From contig VBFX01000026.1 of NCBI GenBank assembly GCA_005889395.1, positions 1 to 31,379 of the forward strand: DNA of 31,379 bases, read 5' to 3'. The stretch comes from Chloroflexota bacterium (lineage in GTDB: Bacteria > Chloroflexota > Dormibacteria > CF-121). How positions within the stretch are numbered: the first letter of the stretch is position 1; every line of letters begins with the position of its first letter. The translations under genes were made by a program, and so were the position numbers. The notes beneath the pieces are model-generated. The model had not been told where the DNA came from. It did no database searches and worked only from the letters and a program-made list of their open reading frames with translations. This document shows positions 10,975-20,567 of this stretch, piece after piece.

Positions 10975-11384
10975 CTACGCGTCGCGGTCGGCGTCGCCCA
11001 GCATGATCGAACCGTTGCGCGGCACGATCTGCAGGCGGTGCAATTCGAGCTCGGCCATGACGCGGCTGTTGTCAAGGACCGCCAGCACGATGTTGTCGCG
11101 CAGTGCAAGCTCGCCGATCCGCACGCAATCCTTCAAGAAAGGGAAGCCAAGCGGCCGCACCAGCTGTAGGCTTCGCCGGGCGCGTCAGGAATCAGGGTCC
11201 GCTTCTGCCGGAAGAGTTCGAGTCGGGATTGCAGGCGGCGCATCGGACCCGGCGGGCCTTCGATGAAGAAGGGGACGTCCTTGAGCGGGGCCTGGGCCGG
11301 CTGGGCGGGATAACGGGTGGAGAAGCCGATGTCGGCTCGGCCCAGGAAAGGGGCCGGCACCTTGATCACGAGCTCCTGAAGCAT
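10975..11384 (-). pseudogene. Hypothetical protein split by a frameshift near 11160 (track ORFs 11133..11384 and 10975..11160)
   Basis: Two consecutive protein-like fragments in different frames. The first has TATAAT and an AAGGAG SD; the second has no SD of its own. Confidence 0.55.
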
Positions 11385-11430
11385 TCGCCAGAGTCTCCTT
11401 CTGCTCTTGATTATATCGGCGCTATCACGT

Positions 11431-13057
11431 TCAACGTAAATTCCCGACGGCTCTTGCTGCTTTTTCCCGGCAAAACGCCAGCACGCCCTCCGGGTCCCGC
11501 GTATTCAGGACCCGATCGGGGGTCAAGCCGGCCCGGCGTCCGATGGCGCACCCGTAGCGAACGTAGTCGTATTCAGCCGGGTAGTGGGCGTCGTTGTCGA
11601 TCGCCAGGAGGGCACCCGCCTCCCGGGCCTTGCGAGCCCAGCTGTCGTTCAGGTCGAGGCGGAAGGGGCTGCTGTTGATTTCCAGCGCAGTCCCCGTTTT
11701 CACAGCCTCGGCGATCACCGCCTCGACATCGAGGCTGGTCTCCCCGCGGCGGTCCAGACGTCGAGACGTTGGGTGGGCGTAGACGTCCACGTGCGGCGAT
11801 CGTAGCGCGGTCAGAACCCGCTGTGTGATCACATCTTTAGGCTGGTCCTGCGCCACATGGACCGAAGCAACGACCAGGTCGAGGGAGGCCAGGGTTTCGT
11901 CGGGAAGGTCGAGGCTGCCGTCGGGCAGGATGTCGACCTCGGCCCCGTTCAGGACCCGCGCCAGGCCGGGTCGGGCATTGACGGCCGCGATCTCGGCGGC
12001 GCGAGCTCGAAAACGCGCGGGTGTCAGCCCCTGGGCGATCTGCAGCGACTGCGTGTGGTCGGTGAGGACGATGTAGTCATAGCCGTGCTCTTTTGCCGCT
12101 CGCGCCATCTCGGCGATCTCATTGCGCCCGTCGCTCCAGTTGCTGTGCGTGTGCAGGTCGCCACGCAGGTCTTGCTGTTGCATGAGGCGGGGAAGCCTGC
12201 CGCTGGCCGCCAGCTCGATCTCGCCCCGTCCCTCGCGCAGCTCCGGTGGGATCCAGGCGCAGTCGAGCGCGGCATAGACCTCCTCTTCTGTTGCGCCGGC
12301 GATGGCCCTGCCCATCTTCTCGGCCCGGGCGCGCAGTTGGAGGTTGTGCGCTGGCGAGCCGGTGAAGGTCACCCAGGCCGCACCGAAACCGTCCGGCTTC
12401 ACCGCCCGCAGGTCGACCTGCATTCCGGAGCGCACCCTGATGCTGGTCGTGGCGCCATCCTGGGCGATCACCTCGTTGACCTGCGGCAGGCGGCCGAACT
12501 CGGCGCGCAGCGCGTCCGGGTCGTCGCCGGCCACTAGCAGATCGAGGTCGCCGACCGTTTCGCTCGCGCGCCGCGCGCTGCCGGCCATCTCCGCCCGCGC
12601 CACGCCCTTCAGAGCGCGCAGCGTGGCCAGCATCGAGTCGGCCAGGATCCAGGCTTCAGGGAAGTAGATGCGGCCCTCGGTCCGCTTGAGCATGGCAATG
12701 CCTTTGAGGATGTTCTCCTCGGTCTTGGCTTTGATGCCGCGGACCGAGAGCAGCCGGTGGGTTCGCGCGGCGTCCTCGAGCGCGTAGCAGGGCCGGGGGG
12801 ATCTCGGCCTCGAGGCGCGTGAGGAACTCCAGCTGCCCGGTGGTGACGTACTCGACGATCTTCTTCTCGATCGCCTCGCCGATGCCGGGAACGTCCTTGA
12901 GCCGGCCTTCTTTGATCATGTCCTCGACCTCGGTGGTGAGGTTATCCAGCTGCCGGACCGCTTCCCGGTAGGCGCGGATCTTGAAGAAGTTCTCGCCCCG
13001 GATCTCCAGCAGGTCGGCAACCCGGTTGAGCATTGCCGCGACGTCGGCATTCCGCAC
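11431..13057 (-). pseudogene. polX: DNA polymerase X / PHP 3'-5' exonuclease, apparently frameshifted near 12785 (probably an assembly gap)
   Basis: N-terminal ADLLEIRGENFFKIRAYR and VPGIGE HhH; GS..R..ETVGDLD; VDLR; FTGS; PHP motifs DLHTHS, TDH, SVH, AHP, DNDAH. The frame switches at IPPALL|ALEDAARTHRLL. Confidence 0.9.
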
Positions 13058-13062
13058 GCCAG

Positions 13063-13069
13063 TAACCTA
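13063..13069. promoter_or_regulatory. Overlapping divergent -10 elements for leaderless polX and CoA-transferase
   Basis: TAACCT (+, 13063-13068) is 8 nt before ATG 13077; TG-C-TAGGTT (-) is 6 nt before GTG 13057. Confidence 0.5.
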
Positions 13070-13076
13070 GCAGGCG

Positions 13077-13988
13077 ATGTTGCTCGACGGCGTCCGGGTT
13101 CTCGATCTCTCCCGGCTGTTGCCCGGCGGCTACTGCACCCAGCTGCTGCAGGCACAGGGCGCCCAGGTGACGAAAATCGAGCCGCCCGCCGGCGACCCCA
13201 TCCGGGCGCTCCCCGGCGGCAACACCTACTTCGATGCACTGCACGGCGGTAAGCAGCTGCTCACGCTCGACCTGCGCACCGAGACGGGTCGCGACGCGCT
13301 GCGGGAGCGAGTCGTCGAGGCCGATATCCTCGTCGAAGGGTTCCGTCCCGGCGTGATGGAACGGATGGAGCTCGGGTACCCGGCGCTGGCGGCGATCAAC
13401 CCCGCGCTGGTGTACTGCGCGATCACCGGCTACGGGTCGGATGGGCCCATGGCCGGCCGCGCCGGCCACGACCTCAATTATCTGGCGCGCAGCGGGGCGC
13501 TGTCATTGATGCCGCTCCGCGAGGGCACTCCCACTATTCCGGGACTCCAGGTTGCCGATATGGCGGGCGGGCTTCACGCCGCCTTCTTGATCGCTGGCGC
13601 GCTCGTCGCCCGGGCGCGATCCGGACGAGGCTCCCGAGTCGAGGTCTCGATGACCGACCTGATGCGAAGCTGGACAGCCTTACCCCGGCAGGCTCGGCGA
13701 GCCGGTCTCCCCGGCCTCCCGTTGACCGGCGAGATCCCTTGCTATCACGTCTACGCGGTGGCCGACGGGTTCCTGACCGTGGCCGCGCTGGAGCCCGATT
13801 TCTGGGCGGCCTTCTGCCACGCAATCGATCGAGAGGACTTGAAAGACCGCCAGTTCGATCCGGCGGCGATCGAGGCGGTCCAGGCGACGCTGCGCCCCGC
13901 CAGACGAGCCGAATGGGCGGCCCGCTTTGGCGACCAGGACGTCTGCGTGGAGCCGGCCCTGCAACTCGAGGAATCGGAAGCGGACTGA
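13077..13988 (+). CDS. CaiB/BaiF (class III) CoA transferase, racemase-like, short form
   Basis: RVLDLSRLLPG, VEGFRPGVMER, ITGYG and GHDLNY (catalytic Asp) motifs. Confidence 0.9.
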   Translation: MLLDGVRVLDLSRLLPGGYCTQLLQAQGAQVTKIEPPAGDPIRALPGGNTYFDALHGGKQLLTLDLRTETGRDALRERVVEADILVEGFRPGVMERMELGYPALAAINPALVYCAITGYGSDGPMAGRAGHDLNYLARSGALSLMPLREGTPTIPGLQVADMAGGLHAAFLIAGALVARARSGRGSRVEVSMTDLMRSWTALPRQARRAGLPGLPLTGEIPCYHVYAVADGFLTVAALEPDFWAAFCHAIDREDLKDRQFDPAAIEAVQATLRPARRAEWAARFGDQDVCVEPALQLEESEAD

Positions 13989-14013
13989 GGCGGCGCGGTC
14001 CGCCGCCTCAGTC
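13983..14013. terminator. Bidirectional hairpin between convergent genes
   Basis: GACTGAGGCGGCG-cggtc-CGCCGCCTCAGTC, a perfect 13-bp stem. Confidence 0.7.
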
Positions 14014-14020
14014 ACGGCTG

Positions 14021-15011
14021 TCAGCTGCCGGCGTTTGTGATGGTGCCGAACAGCCCGTCCTGCTCGCCATTGATCCCGGCCGTGAAGTAGACAGCATTCG
14101 GGTCACCACCATTGGGGGCGGGCCCGCCGTTCCCGACGCGCAGCGCCCACAGGCCATCGATCGTGATCGGGTTGCCGGTCACCACATCTTGGAGCTCCGC
14201 CCTGAAATTGCCCTTGTCCAGCGTGTAGGCGTTGATGTGCCCATCCCCAAAGTTCCCGACCAGCAGGTCACCGGCCAGTGGTCCGAAGCTTGCTGGGGCG
14301 ATCGCCAGGCCCCAGGGTGAATTGAGGCGGCCATGTGACACCAGGCGAGCCAGCAAATTGCCGTGCAGGTCGAAGGCGTCGACAAAGCCATGCCCCTGCC
14401 CGGCCACGTCATCGTGCCTGTTCGCATCCTGTTTGGCGAACGTCACGTAAAGGACGCCGCCAAGGTTCTGGACATTGAAGGGCGCATAGCCGTCCGCGAC
14501 TTTGGAGTCGGTGAACGACGGCCCCTGGCTGAAGTCGGCGTTGAACACGTCGACCGTGCCGAAGCGGAAATTGGCGGTATAGAGATGGTCGGCGACGCCG
14601 TCAAAGCCGATCGCCAGGCCCTTGTACACAGCACCTGGCGGTGGTGTGGAGTTATCGACTTCGGTGGTCGCCACGGTCCCTACGCCTTTCCAGCCGGCGA
14701 TGGTGCCATCCTCCGTGGCGAACAGGAACCGGTCACCACGAAACTCGGTGCCGTTGCCGTTGAAAACCGTCCCGGTGGGGGTGCCGGACGTGCCAGCGGG
14801 GCTTCCTGCTCCCGGTGGGATGGTGACGGTCAACGGCACTTTTGAGCCATTCCGGATCGGTGAATGCCGCCATCCCGGGGATGTTCGACACGAGGTTCGT
14901 CTGTCGGAACGAGTTCGTATCGGATCCGGCCTGAGCGCCAACCGCGGCCAGGGCGAGTGCGACCGCCGAGGCGACCGTGAGCCCAACCGTCAATAGTCTG
15001 CGTGCGTACAT
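14021..15011 (-). pseudogene. TIGR03118-family secreted protein, apparently frameshifted near 14852 (probably an assembly gap)
   Basis: Signal peptide followed by FRQTNLVS; later FLFATEDGTIAGW, YAPFNVQ, LNSPWG, LVGNFGDG and YFTAGINGEQDGLFG. The frame switches at AFTDP|NGSKVP. Confidence 0.85.
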
Positions 15012-15116
15012 GCGCGATCCTCCTTGCTAGTCCCCGTTTCGTGGGCGGAAATGGCCTCTCTAGACTGTTACGGAAAGGGTTACGGCTGGTCCGTTGAGAT
15101 CGGGAATTTCATCGAC

Positions 15117-15144
15117 TTCTTGCCGGCTTCTCAGGCTCTTCTAA
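15117..15144 (+). promoter_or_regulatory. Three 11-bp-period direct repeats (OmpR/PhoB-type site candidate)
   Basis: TTCTTG 15117, TTCTCA 15128, TTCTAA 15139. Confidence 0.45.
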
Positions 15145-15197
15145 TGGGCGTTCGGCACGATATAGGGGTCGTTAACCCCCAGGAAGGAAGGTCACCT

Positions 15198-15905
15198 ATG
15201 AAGTTGAAGCGTTGGATCGTGCTGCCGGCCGCCGGCCTGGCTGCCGTGATCATCGGCGTGGCCGCCGTTGAGGCGGCGCCGTCGCCGTCCGCATCGCCGA
15301 CCGGTTCCAAGAACTACGCGCAGGTCTTTGTCGACAAGCTCGCGGGGATCCTGCACCTGACGCCGACCCAGACGCAGGATGCGCTCAAGCAGGCGCAGCT
15401 TCAGACCGTCGACCAGATGCTCGCCGACGGCAAGATCACCAAGGCGCAGGCGGATGCGATGAAGGCGCGCATCAACGCCGGCCAGGGGCTTGGCGCGATT
15501 GGCGGCTTTGGCCGCCACGGTGGCTTCAAGGCCGATATGACGCTGATGCGGGATCTCAAGACCGCTGAACTCAACGCGGCGGCATCGGCCCTGCATATGA
15601 GCACCGCCGATCTGCAGAGCGCTCTTCGATCCGGAAAGTCGTTGAGCGACCTCGAAACGCAGCAGAAGGTGAGCGACAGCGCCGTCAAGGCTGCGATGAA
15701 GAGTGCGGCCAAAGGCGTGCTCGACAAGGCCGTGAAGGCCGGGACCATCACGCAGGCCCAGGCGGACGCGATCCTTTCCAAGGTCGGTTCGGGCCTGGGG
15801 CGGTTCGGGCACAAGCCCGCGCGGCCGCAAACGCCTGGCGGGTCGGCTCCTTCGACATCACCGACGCCCGGAACATCGCCGGCGGCGTATTACTCCAGCA
15901 TCTAG
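15198..15905 (+). CDS. Secreted alpha-helical hypothetical protein
   Basis: Signal peptide, duplicated G(K/T)IT(K/Q)AQADA helix motif, PST-rich tail, AGGAAGG SD. Confidence 0.8.
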   Translation: MKLKRWIVLPAAGLAAVIIGVAAVEAAPSPSASPTGSKNYAQVFVDKLAGILHLTPTQTQDALKQAQLQTVDQMLADGKITKAQADAMKARINAGQGLGAIGGFGRHGGFKADMTLMRDLKTAELNAAASALHMSTADLQSALRSGKSLSDLETQQKVSDSAVKAAMKSAAKGVLDKAVKAGTITQAQADAILSKVGSGLGRFGHKPARPQTPGGSAPSTSPTPGTSPAAYYSSI

Positions 15906-15928
15906 ACGCGGTTAGCGACGACTTCGCG

Positions 15929-15972
15929 ACGAAGCGGGCACCAGCCGGCGACGGTTTGGTCGCCCGCTTCGT
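15929..15972 (+). terminator. Long hairpin with GNRA loop
   Basis: ACGAAGCGGG/CCCGCTTCGT outer stem plus inner stem capped by GCGA. Confidence 0.55.
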
Positions 15973-16027
15973 GGTTGTAGGGTTGCGCACCTAATCTGGA
16001 TCTCGGGAGGAGTGGCTTCCGCAAGCC

Positions 16028-16459
16028 ATGAGGTTGAACTGGCTTACCTTTGTCCTGGCCGTGCTGGAGTTACCGCCGAACCCCAGGGAGCGCCACTTCT
16101 GGGGCCGGCTGGCGACGCTGCACCTGATCTATTCGCTTGCCGGGCTGGTCTTCGGGCTCGCCTGCATCGCGGGGGGCATCCTGCTCTTCTTCCACGGCGT
16201 GTCGGGTTCGAGCAGCTGGGTTGGCGAGTTCATCGGCGTGAAGACCAAACTCTCGGATGCCGCCCCGGGCACCGTGTTGTTCGTCGTCGGCCTCGTGGTC
16301 GTCTGGCTCACCCGCTTCGCCGTCCGCGTCAGGCAGCCGATCGACATCGAGCTGCGGGCGCGTGCGAAGCTCGCTGAAAACCGCGAGCCCGAACGGCTCG
16401 AGCACGAGCGGCGCGAGCACGAGCGGCGCGAGCACGAGCGGCATCGCAAGGCCGGCTGA
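16028..16459 (+). CDS. Hypothetical membrane protein with EHERR-repeat tail
   Basis: Two to three hydrophobic segments and a charged C-terminus LEHERREHERREHERHRKAG. Confidence 0.7.
   Translation: MRLNWLTFVLAVLELPPNPRERHFWGRLATLHLIYSLAGLVFGLACIAGGILLFFHGVSGSSSWVGEFIGVKTKLSDAAPGTVLFVVGLVVVWLTRFAVRVRQPIDIELRARAKLAENREPERLEHERREHERREHERHRKAG
16400..16442 (+). repeat. 15-nt tandem repeat GAGCACGAGCGGCGC (about 2.9 copies)
   Basis: Read directly from the sequence; in frame and encodes EHERR. Confidence 0.9.
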
Positions 16460-16461
16460 CC

Positions 16462-17058
16462 CTAGGTCGTCGGGGCGAACCGCCGGTAGATCGCCTCGAC
16501 CTGCCGGCGGGTGTTCTCTCGACTCCCGCTGTTGTCGATTACCAGATCGGCCCTGGCGCGCTTCTCGTCGAGCGGCATCTGAGCGGCGATCCGCTGGCGG
16601 GCCTCCTCGGCGGTGAGCCCGTCGCGCTCGATGAGCCGTCGCAATTGCGTCTTGGGGTCGACCCAAACCACGATGACGCTCTCGACGGTGCCGGTGCGGT
16701 CGTTCTCGTAGAGCAACGGAATGTCCACGATCAGCACGCCGGGCCGCGACCCGCGGAGCAGCATCTCGGTAGCCATGCGTTCCTGAATGCGCGGGTGGGT
16801 GATGGCATTGAGCCTGGCGCGGGCAACCGGGTCAGCGAAGATGATTCGGGCGAGCTTGCCGCGATCGAGGCGCCCATCCGGCATCAGGATGTCCCGGCCG
16901 AAGGCGGTCGCGATCTCCTCGAGCGCCGGTTGCCCTGGCTCGACGACCTCGCGGGCCAGCTGATCGGCATCGATGACGTCAGCCCCCAGCTCGGCGAACA
17001 TCGATGCCACCATCGACTTGCCGGAACCGATCCCCCCGGTAAGGCCCAGGACCTTCAC
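16462..17058 (-). CDS. coaE: Dephospho-CoA kinase
   Basis: GLTGGIGSGKS, IDADQLAR, LNAITHPRI and AQMPLDEK motifs. Confidence 0.95.
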   Translation of the reverse strand: MKVLGLTGGIGSGKSMVASMFAELGADVIDADQLAREVVEPGQPALEEIATAFGRDILMPDGRLDRGKLARIIFADPVARARLNAITHPRIQERMATEMLLRGSRPGVLIVDIPLLYENDRTGTVESVIVVWVDPKTQLRRLIERDGLTAEEARQRIAAQMPLDEKRARADLVIDNSGSRENTRRQVEAIYRRFAPTT

Positions 17059-17081
17059 TTCAGACCGTACGATTACCGGAG

Positions 17082-19014
17082 ATGACGCTGATCAAGTCGA
17101 TTGCCGTACTGGCCGTCTTGCTCGCCGCCATCGTCTACTTCTCCATCCGGGCGCGCCAACTCTATCGGATCTTGCGCCTGGGTCCCCGCGAGAACCGCTT
17201 CGACCACATCCCGGAACGCATTAGCGGGGTACTGAGCTACGTCGGCCTCCACACTCGCATGTTCCGCAACGTCTATTCGGGCACGCTTCACCTCTTCATC
17301 TTTTACGGCTTCGTCGTCCTCCTCACGGCAATCATCCAGGCCTTCGGCGAGGGCATCTTCCCCGGCTTCAGCCTGGCGCTCATCGGCGGCACCACCTGGA
17401 TCGCCTTCCTCCAGGACCTGTTCGGCGTCCTGGTGCTGGTCGGCGTGCTGATGGCGCTGGTGAACCGGTTGATCATCCGGCCGCGCCAATTTCACGAGAG
17501 CAACGAAATCGACGCGCTGATCATCCTCGGGCTGATCGCCACCATCATGATCGGGATGCTGGGCCAGAACGCGGCCCGTGTCGCGCAGGGTGGCGATCCG
17601 TCGGCGGCGTGGCGGCCGGTGTCCTCGCTGATCGCGCACGCCTTCGAAAGTTTCGGCTGGCAGGGGACCGCCGCGATCCCGGCGCACGAGGTCTTCTACT
17701 GGATGCACATCCTCGCGGTGCTGGCCTTCCTCGTGTACATCCCGAGCTCTAAGCACCTGCACATCATCGTCGCCATCCCCAACGTCTTCTTCCGCAAGCT
17801 GCCGCCCAAGGTGGGCGCGGCCCTTGCGCCGATCGACCTCGAGCACGCCGAGCATTACGGCGTGAGCGCGGTCACGCAGTGGTCATGGAAGAACCTGCTC
17901 GATCTCTACTCCTGCACCGAATGCGGTCGCTGCCAGGAGCAGTGCCCGGCCTTCCTCACCGGCAAGCCCCTCAACCCCAAGATGATCATCGTCGACGCCC
18001 GCGAGAACCTCTTCAAGACCGTCCGCGACGCGCCACCCGAGCAGCGGCGCGCGCCGCAACAGTCGCAGAAGCTGATCGGCGAGGCGATCAAAGAGGACGA
18101 GATCTGGTCGTGCGTCGCCTGTGGCGCCTGCCAGCAGGAATGCCCGGTCCTGATCGAGCACGTGCCCAAGATCATCGATATGCGCCGCAGCCTGGTGCTG
18201 GAGGAGAGCAAATTTCCCAAGGAGGCGCAGGGCGCGCTGCGCAGCATCGAGACCCAGGGAAACCCCTACGGCCTACCTCGAGCGCAGCGCATCGACTGGG
18301 CGCAGGGCCTCGGTGTCAAAACGATTGAGGAGAAGCCCGACGCCGAGTATCTCTACTTCGATCCTCGGCCGGTCAGAGACCTGTAACGGCGACCCGGCGC
18401 GGCGCATCGGCAACGAGTACCTGTACCAGACCCAGGCCCAGGCCAACATCGAGGCGATGAACGCCGCCAGGGTTCGGAAAGTGATCGCCACCTGCCCGCA
18501 CTGCTTCAACACCATCAAGAACGAGTTTCCCCAGTTCGGCGGCAACTACGAGGTCATGCATCACACCCAGCTGCTGGCCCGCCTGATCAAGGAGGGCAAG
18601 CTGAAGCCGAGCAAGGCGATCGAAGGAAAATTCACGTACCACGATTCCTGCTACCTCGGCCGCTGGAACGACATCTATGACCCGCCCCGTGCGGTCGTCG
18701 AGGCCATCCCGGGCACGCAGCTCGTCGAGATCGAGCGCCATCACAAGCGTGGCTTCTGCTGCGGGGCGGGCGGCGGCCGCATGTGGATGGAGGAGAAGAT
18801 CGGGACGCGCATCAACCACAACCGCGTCGAGCAGACACTGCGGACCCAGGCGCCGCGGGTGGCGACCGCCTGTCCCTTCTGCCTGACGATGTTCCGCGAT
18901 GGAATCTCCGCAAAGGGCGCAGAGTCGCAACTCCAGGTGCAGGACCTCGCCCAGTACCTGGCCGACGCCATGGACGGGACAACCTCGGAATCAGCGGTGT
19001 CGGGGCCGGTCTAA
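17082..19014 (+). pseudogene. Membrane-bound Fe-S oxidoreductase (FadF/HdrD/GlpC-like), apparently frameshifted near 18360 (probably an assembly gap)
   Basis: Multi-TM N-terminus; CTECGRCQEQCP and CVACGACQQECP; CCG domains (ETCNG, TCPHC, FCCGAGG, TACPFC). The frame switches at EYLYF|ILGRSETC. Confidence 0.88.
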
Positions 19015-19024
19015 GTAACGTTAC

Positions 19025-20302
19025 TCACGCGGATCGGGCATTCGTCGGAACTCGATGACCCGGCGGCCTGGTGACCCAGCGGCCGTCCTTTCGTTCCAGC
19101 GTCCAGCCCTCTTCGTGCAACATCCGATGGTGGCGGCCGCAGACGAGGGCCAGGTTGGGAAGCGCGGTCTTGCCACCTCGTGTCCACCAGACCAGGTGGT
19201 GCCCATCACACCAGATCGCCGGCCGGTGACAGCCGTTGAAGACGCAGTCGCGATCGCGGGCGACCAGGGCCCTGCGGGTGGCCGCGGGGATCTGCCTGTG
19301 GGCGTCGCTAGCGGACTCGCTCTCAAGCTCCGCCTGACCCAGCAGCCAGCTGACCGTCGGATCGCATGCGAGCCGTTGCGCCGTCTCCATGGGAATCGGT
19401 CCGACGCCGGCCATCTCAGCGGGTGGCGCCCCCTTGAGTCCCAGCAATGTCTCGGCGCTGGCCGTGATGAGCAGGTGCGGGCGCTGGCCGCCGACAGTCC
19501 CGAGCTTGCTGCCATCGAGCGGGCGCCGCGCGAGGTCGACCAGTGCGTCGATGCGTCGCTGACCCGGCGTCCGGTCGTCGTCGTTCGCTGGTGGTGGCAT
19601 CAGCGCGCTGAGCGCCGCCTTCAGTGTCGCCCCGCCCTCGAGATCCAGCATCCCGTCCAGCCGGACCATGCCGTTCTGCGGCTCGCTCAGGTGCAAATAC
19701 CGTCGCTCGTACGCGTGATTGGCCTCGAGTAAGGCGGCCGCGGCATCCACCCGGTGCTCAAAACCCTTGGCCACGGCGGCAAAGCGGCCCGGGTCCATCG
19801 TTTGCGCCGCCTTGAGCAAGTTCTGCTCTTCCTTTTGCACTGGCGCGCTGCCGACGTTCTCCGCGGCTCGAGCGATCAGCGCGACATGCTGGTACCCGAC
19901 GTTGCCTTTGGCGAGGGCCTTTTCAATCTGTGGGAGCGTCTCGAGCTGGCGCGCGACGTTGACCCGTTCGGCGGCGGCCCCACCCGACAAATTGCACCGC
20001 TCGCGCACCCAGGCCACTGCCGAGAGGGCGCCGTCGGCTTTGTACTCACCCGACTTATCAAACCGACGCAGCCCTTTGGCAAAGACCGCTTCCAGCGGGT
20101 CGATCCCGACTTCCCGGATCTGGATCAGCCCTTCACCAAGCTCGGCGGCATCAGCTGCCCGAATGCAGGTGGCCATACGCTGCACGGCGATCTTGAGGTC
20201 TTCCGCGGCCCCCTGAAGTTCGGACTTTGCAGGCTCTACGAGCATCCCTAACGCGGCCATGCTTGCATCGTGAGGCATACCTTTGAAAGCTGTCTGTCGC
20301 AA
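19025..20302 (-). CDS. DUF222-domain HNH endonuclease
   Basis: RIDALVDLAR, QRPHLLIT, LACD motifs; C-terminal RDRDCVFNGC...CDGHH...GGKTALPNLALVCGRHHRMLH. True start is probably 15-20 codons downstream. Confidence 0.88.
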   Translation of the reverse strand: MRQTAFKGMPHDASMAALGMLVEPAKSELQGAAEDLKIAVQRMATCIRAADAAELGEGLIQIREVGIDPLEAVFAKGLRRFDKSGEYKADGALSAVAWVRERCNLSGGAAAERVNVARQLETLPQIEKALAKGNVGYQHVALIARAAENVGSAPVQKEEQNLLKAAQTMDPGRFAAVAKGFEHRVDAAAALLEANHAYERRYLHLSEPQNGMVRLDGMLDLEGGATLKAALSALMPPPANDDDRTPGQRRIDALVDLARRPLDGSKLGTVGGQRPHLLITASAETLLGLKGAPPAEMAGVGPIPMETAQRLACDPTVSWLLGQAELESESASDAHRQIPAATRRALVARDRDCVFNGCHRPAIWCDGHHLVWWTRGGKTALPNLALVCGRHHRMLHEEGWTLERKDGRWVTRPPGHRVPTNARSA

Positions 20303-20384
20303 CCTGCGTCCGACGAAATATTGTTGTCTAGGTCGGCCTCGCGTCAGCCATCAACCCGGAACGTCCACAAAGGCGACAGTCGGG

Positions 20385-20413
20385 TTGACTTCGATCGGCT
20401 GGTCGGGTACTGT
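20385..20413 (+). promoter_or_regulatory. Sigma70 promoter of the ABC operon leader
   Basis: TTGACT, 17 bp spacer, TACTGT. Confidence 0.7.
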
Positions 20414-20419
20414 ACGGAG

Positions 20420-20536
20420 GCTATGAGGCACCGCTTTCTCACAGGCACGCCCGCGACCTTCAGGGGCGGAGCCTGCCTAGCACGGGCCTCACAGTATTGA
20501 AAGCAAAGTAACTTAGACCCCGACGCGAGCGCTTTC
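20420..20536 (+). promoter_or_regulatory. Structured 5' leader (candidate riboswitch/attenuator) containing a possible 25-codon leader ORF
   Basis: Nested stems 20424-20433/20483-20491, 20443-20447/20474-20478 and 20448-20452/20464-20468. GAAAGC (20499) can pair with GCTTTC at 20433 or 20531. Confidence 0.5.
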
Positions 20537-20537
20537 G

Positions 20538-20567
20538 ACCGTGTGGCCCTCAGGCCCACGGTTTTTT
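20538..20567 (+). terminator. Intrinsic terminator upstream of the ABC start codon
   Basis: ACCGTG-t-GGCC-ctca-GGCC-CACGGT followed by a T run. Confidence 0.75.

Noticed and set aside
11431-13057. Programmed frameshifting or a naturally split PolX (likewise for the Fe-S gene and pccB)
   Set aside because: Conserved sequence is missing at the junctions and there are no slippery sites, so these are deletions rather than recoding.
16400-16442. Tandem repeats (also 30817-30870) as a CRISPR array
   Set aside because: No spacers, in-frame coding repeats, and no cas genes.
20294-20379. CTGTCGC/GCGACAG inverted repeat as an element end
   Set aside because: Only 7 bp, expected by chance at this GC content, with no counterpart at the other end.
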